A stretch of DNA of 20,000 bases from the NCBI RefSeq assembly GCF_004010195.1, contig NC_057718.1:42053923-42073922 (forward strand), read 5' to 3'. The notes under the pieces are model-generated. The model was not told where the DNA came from, ran no database searches, and saw only the letters and a list, made by a program, of their open reading frames with translations. Both the position numbers and the translations under genes were made by a program. Below are positions 19,051 through 20,000 of this stretch, piece after piece (position 1 is the stretch's first letter; the number at the start of each line of letters is the position of its first letter). The DNA comes from Chiloscyllium plagiosum (Eukaryota).

Positions 19051-19710
19051 GTTTACCAGCATCTTTTTTCCTTCAAAAAGGTGAAAAAATGTCAAAGACA
19101 TATTTGAAGCATTTCTGAAAGATTACAATTTTATGTTTTTCCACTCTATGTGTGGTCATTTGACCACCTCCTTTCCTTTATCTAAAATGTACAATTTCTC
19201 ACCTTGCCCTTTGGTGAGCTTCCCGCACGAAGACTAGAAATGGTAAGCAACTCATCATGAAGTAATAAGGGGGGCACATTCTGAGTAATTGCAGGACATC
19301 ATCCTGCTGAAAATTATTGATCAGTGTAAGTGCTGTGCTAATGTTTGCTGTTGTCTGCCCTACAAAGAATCAATCCTCTACACTTTTGTACATGCACTAC
19401 TTCCCATCAGGTTATACGTTGACTACACACCTTGGCTCAAATGGACTGATGGGTTGTGTATGTGTGTACATGATGGGGTGGGGTTTTTAGAAAACCTTGT
19501 GACTACTGTGCAGCATGATCCAATCAGACTGCTCGCAGCTTGACACAGACTTTTAATGAAGGAATATGAAATACCAGTTAAGCTCTTAAATATGCTAATA
19601 TCCCTGGCCTACAGTTTCCTGATGTTGTCTGTTGTGGGTTTCCAAAACATTTTTAAAAAGCTTCCTGGGCCTTTTCATGTCTTTTCATTAAATTTATATT
19701 GTAGTAAATC

Positions 19711-20000
19711 CCCGGTCCCCAAAGCCTTATCTTCTCCATGGACATCCAGTCCCTGTACACCTCCATCCCCCATCACGAAGGACTCAAAGCCCTCCGCTTC
19801 TTCCTTTCCCGCCATACCAACCAGTACCCTTCCACTGACACCCTCCTTTGACTGACTGAACTGGTCCTCACCCTGAACAACTTCTCTTTCCAATCCTCCC
19901 ACTTCCTCCAAACCAAAGGAGTAGCCATGGGCACCCGCATGGGCCCCAGCTATGCCTGCCTCTTCGTAACCCTCCTTCGACTGACTGAACTGGCCCTCAC
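19711..20000 (+). pseudogene. Penelope-like element (Neptune-type) reverse transcriptase fragment, running off the window end
   Basis: Frame from 19711: PGPQSLIFSMDIQSLYTSIPHHEGLKALRFFL...TLL*LTELVLTLNNFSFQSSHFLQTKGVAMGTRMGPSYACLFV. TGA at 19849-19851. Confidence 0.88.

Noticed and set aside
19295..19325. Possible 31-bp host exon (CAG|GACATC...CAGT|GTAAGT)
   Set aside because: Good donor but no polypyrimidine tract and no recognisable peptide; needs RNA-seq.
1..20000. CRISPR array, retron or other prokaryotic RT system
   Set aside because: No regularly spaced repeats or operon structure; all RT fragments belong to eukaryotic LINE or Penelope classes.

Overview
Eukaryotic, repeat-saturated genomic DNA. 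The repeat families (HE1-type V-SINEs, HER1/CR1 LINEs, Penelope hairpins) point to a cartilaginous fish, probably a shark; this is inference. No host exon, RNA gene or prokaryotic system is supported. The window is a nested retroelement graveyard: an old CR1 LINE (1-3820, minus) interrupted by a solo LTR, two tRNA-derived V-SINEs and an LTR fragment; Gypsy remnants (RNase H on plus, gag-protease on minus); a Penelope-derived hairpin with a hammerhead ribozyme core; a decayed tRNA-headed, apparently ORF1-less LINE; two younger 5'-truncated CR1 LINEs with SGNH-esterase ORF1 and EN-RT ORF2, both spanning assembly gaps; and a Penelope RT fragment. The most interesting signal is that both younger CR1s, and in degenerate form the old one, end ORF1 with an in-phase U_UUA_AAC slippery heptamer plus a stop. 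In the clearest copy this leads into an AUG-less ORF2 in the -1 frame, which suggests programmed -1 ribosomal frameshifting in these LINEs. All identities and translations were read by eye.
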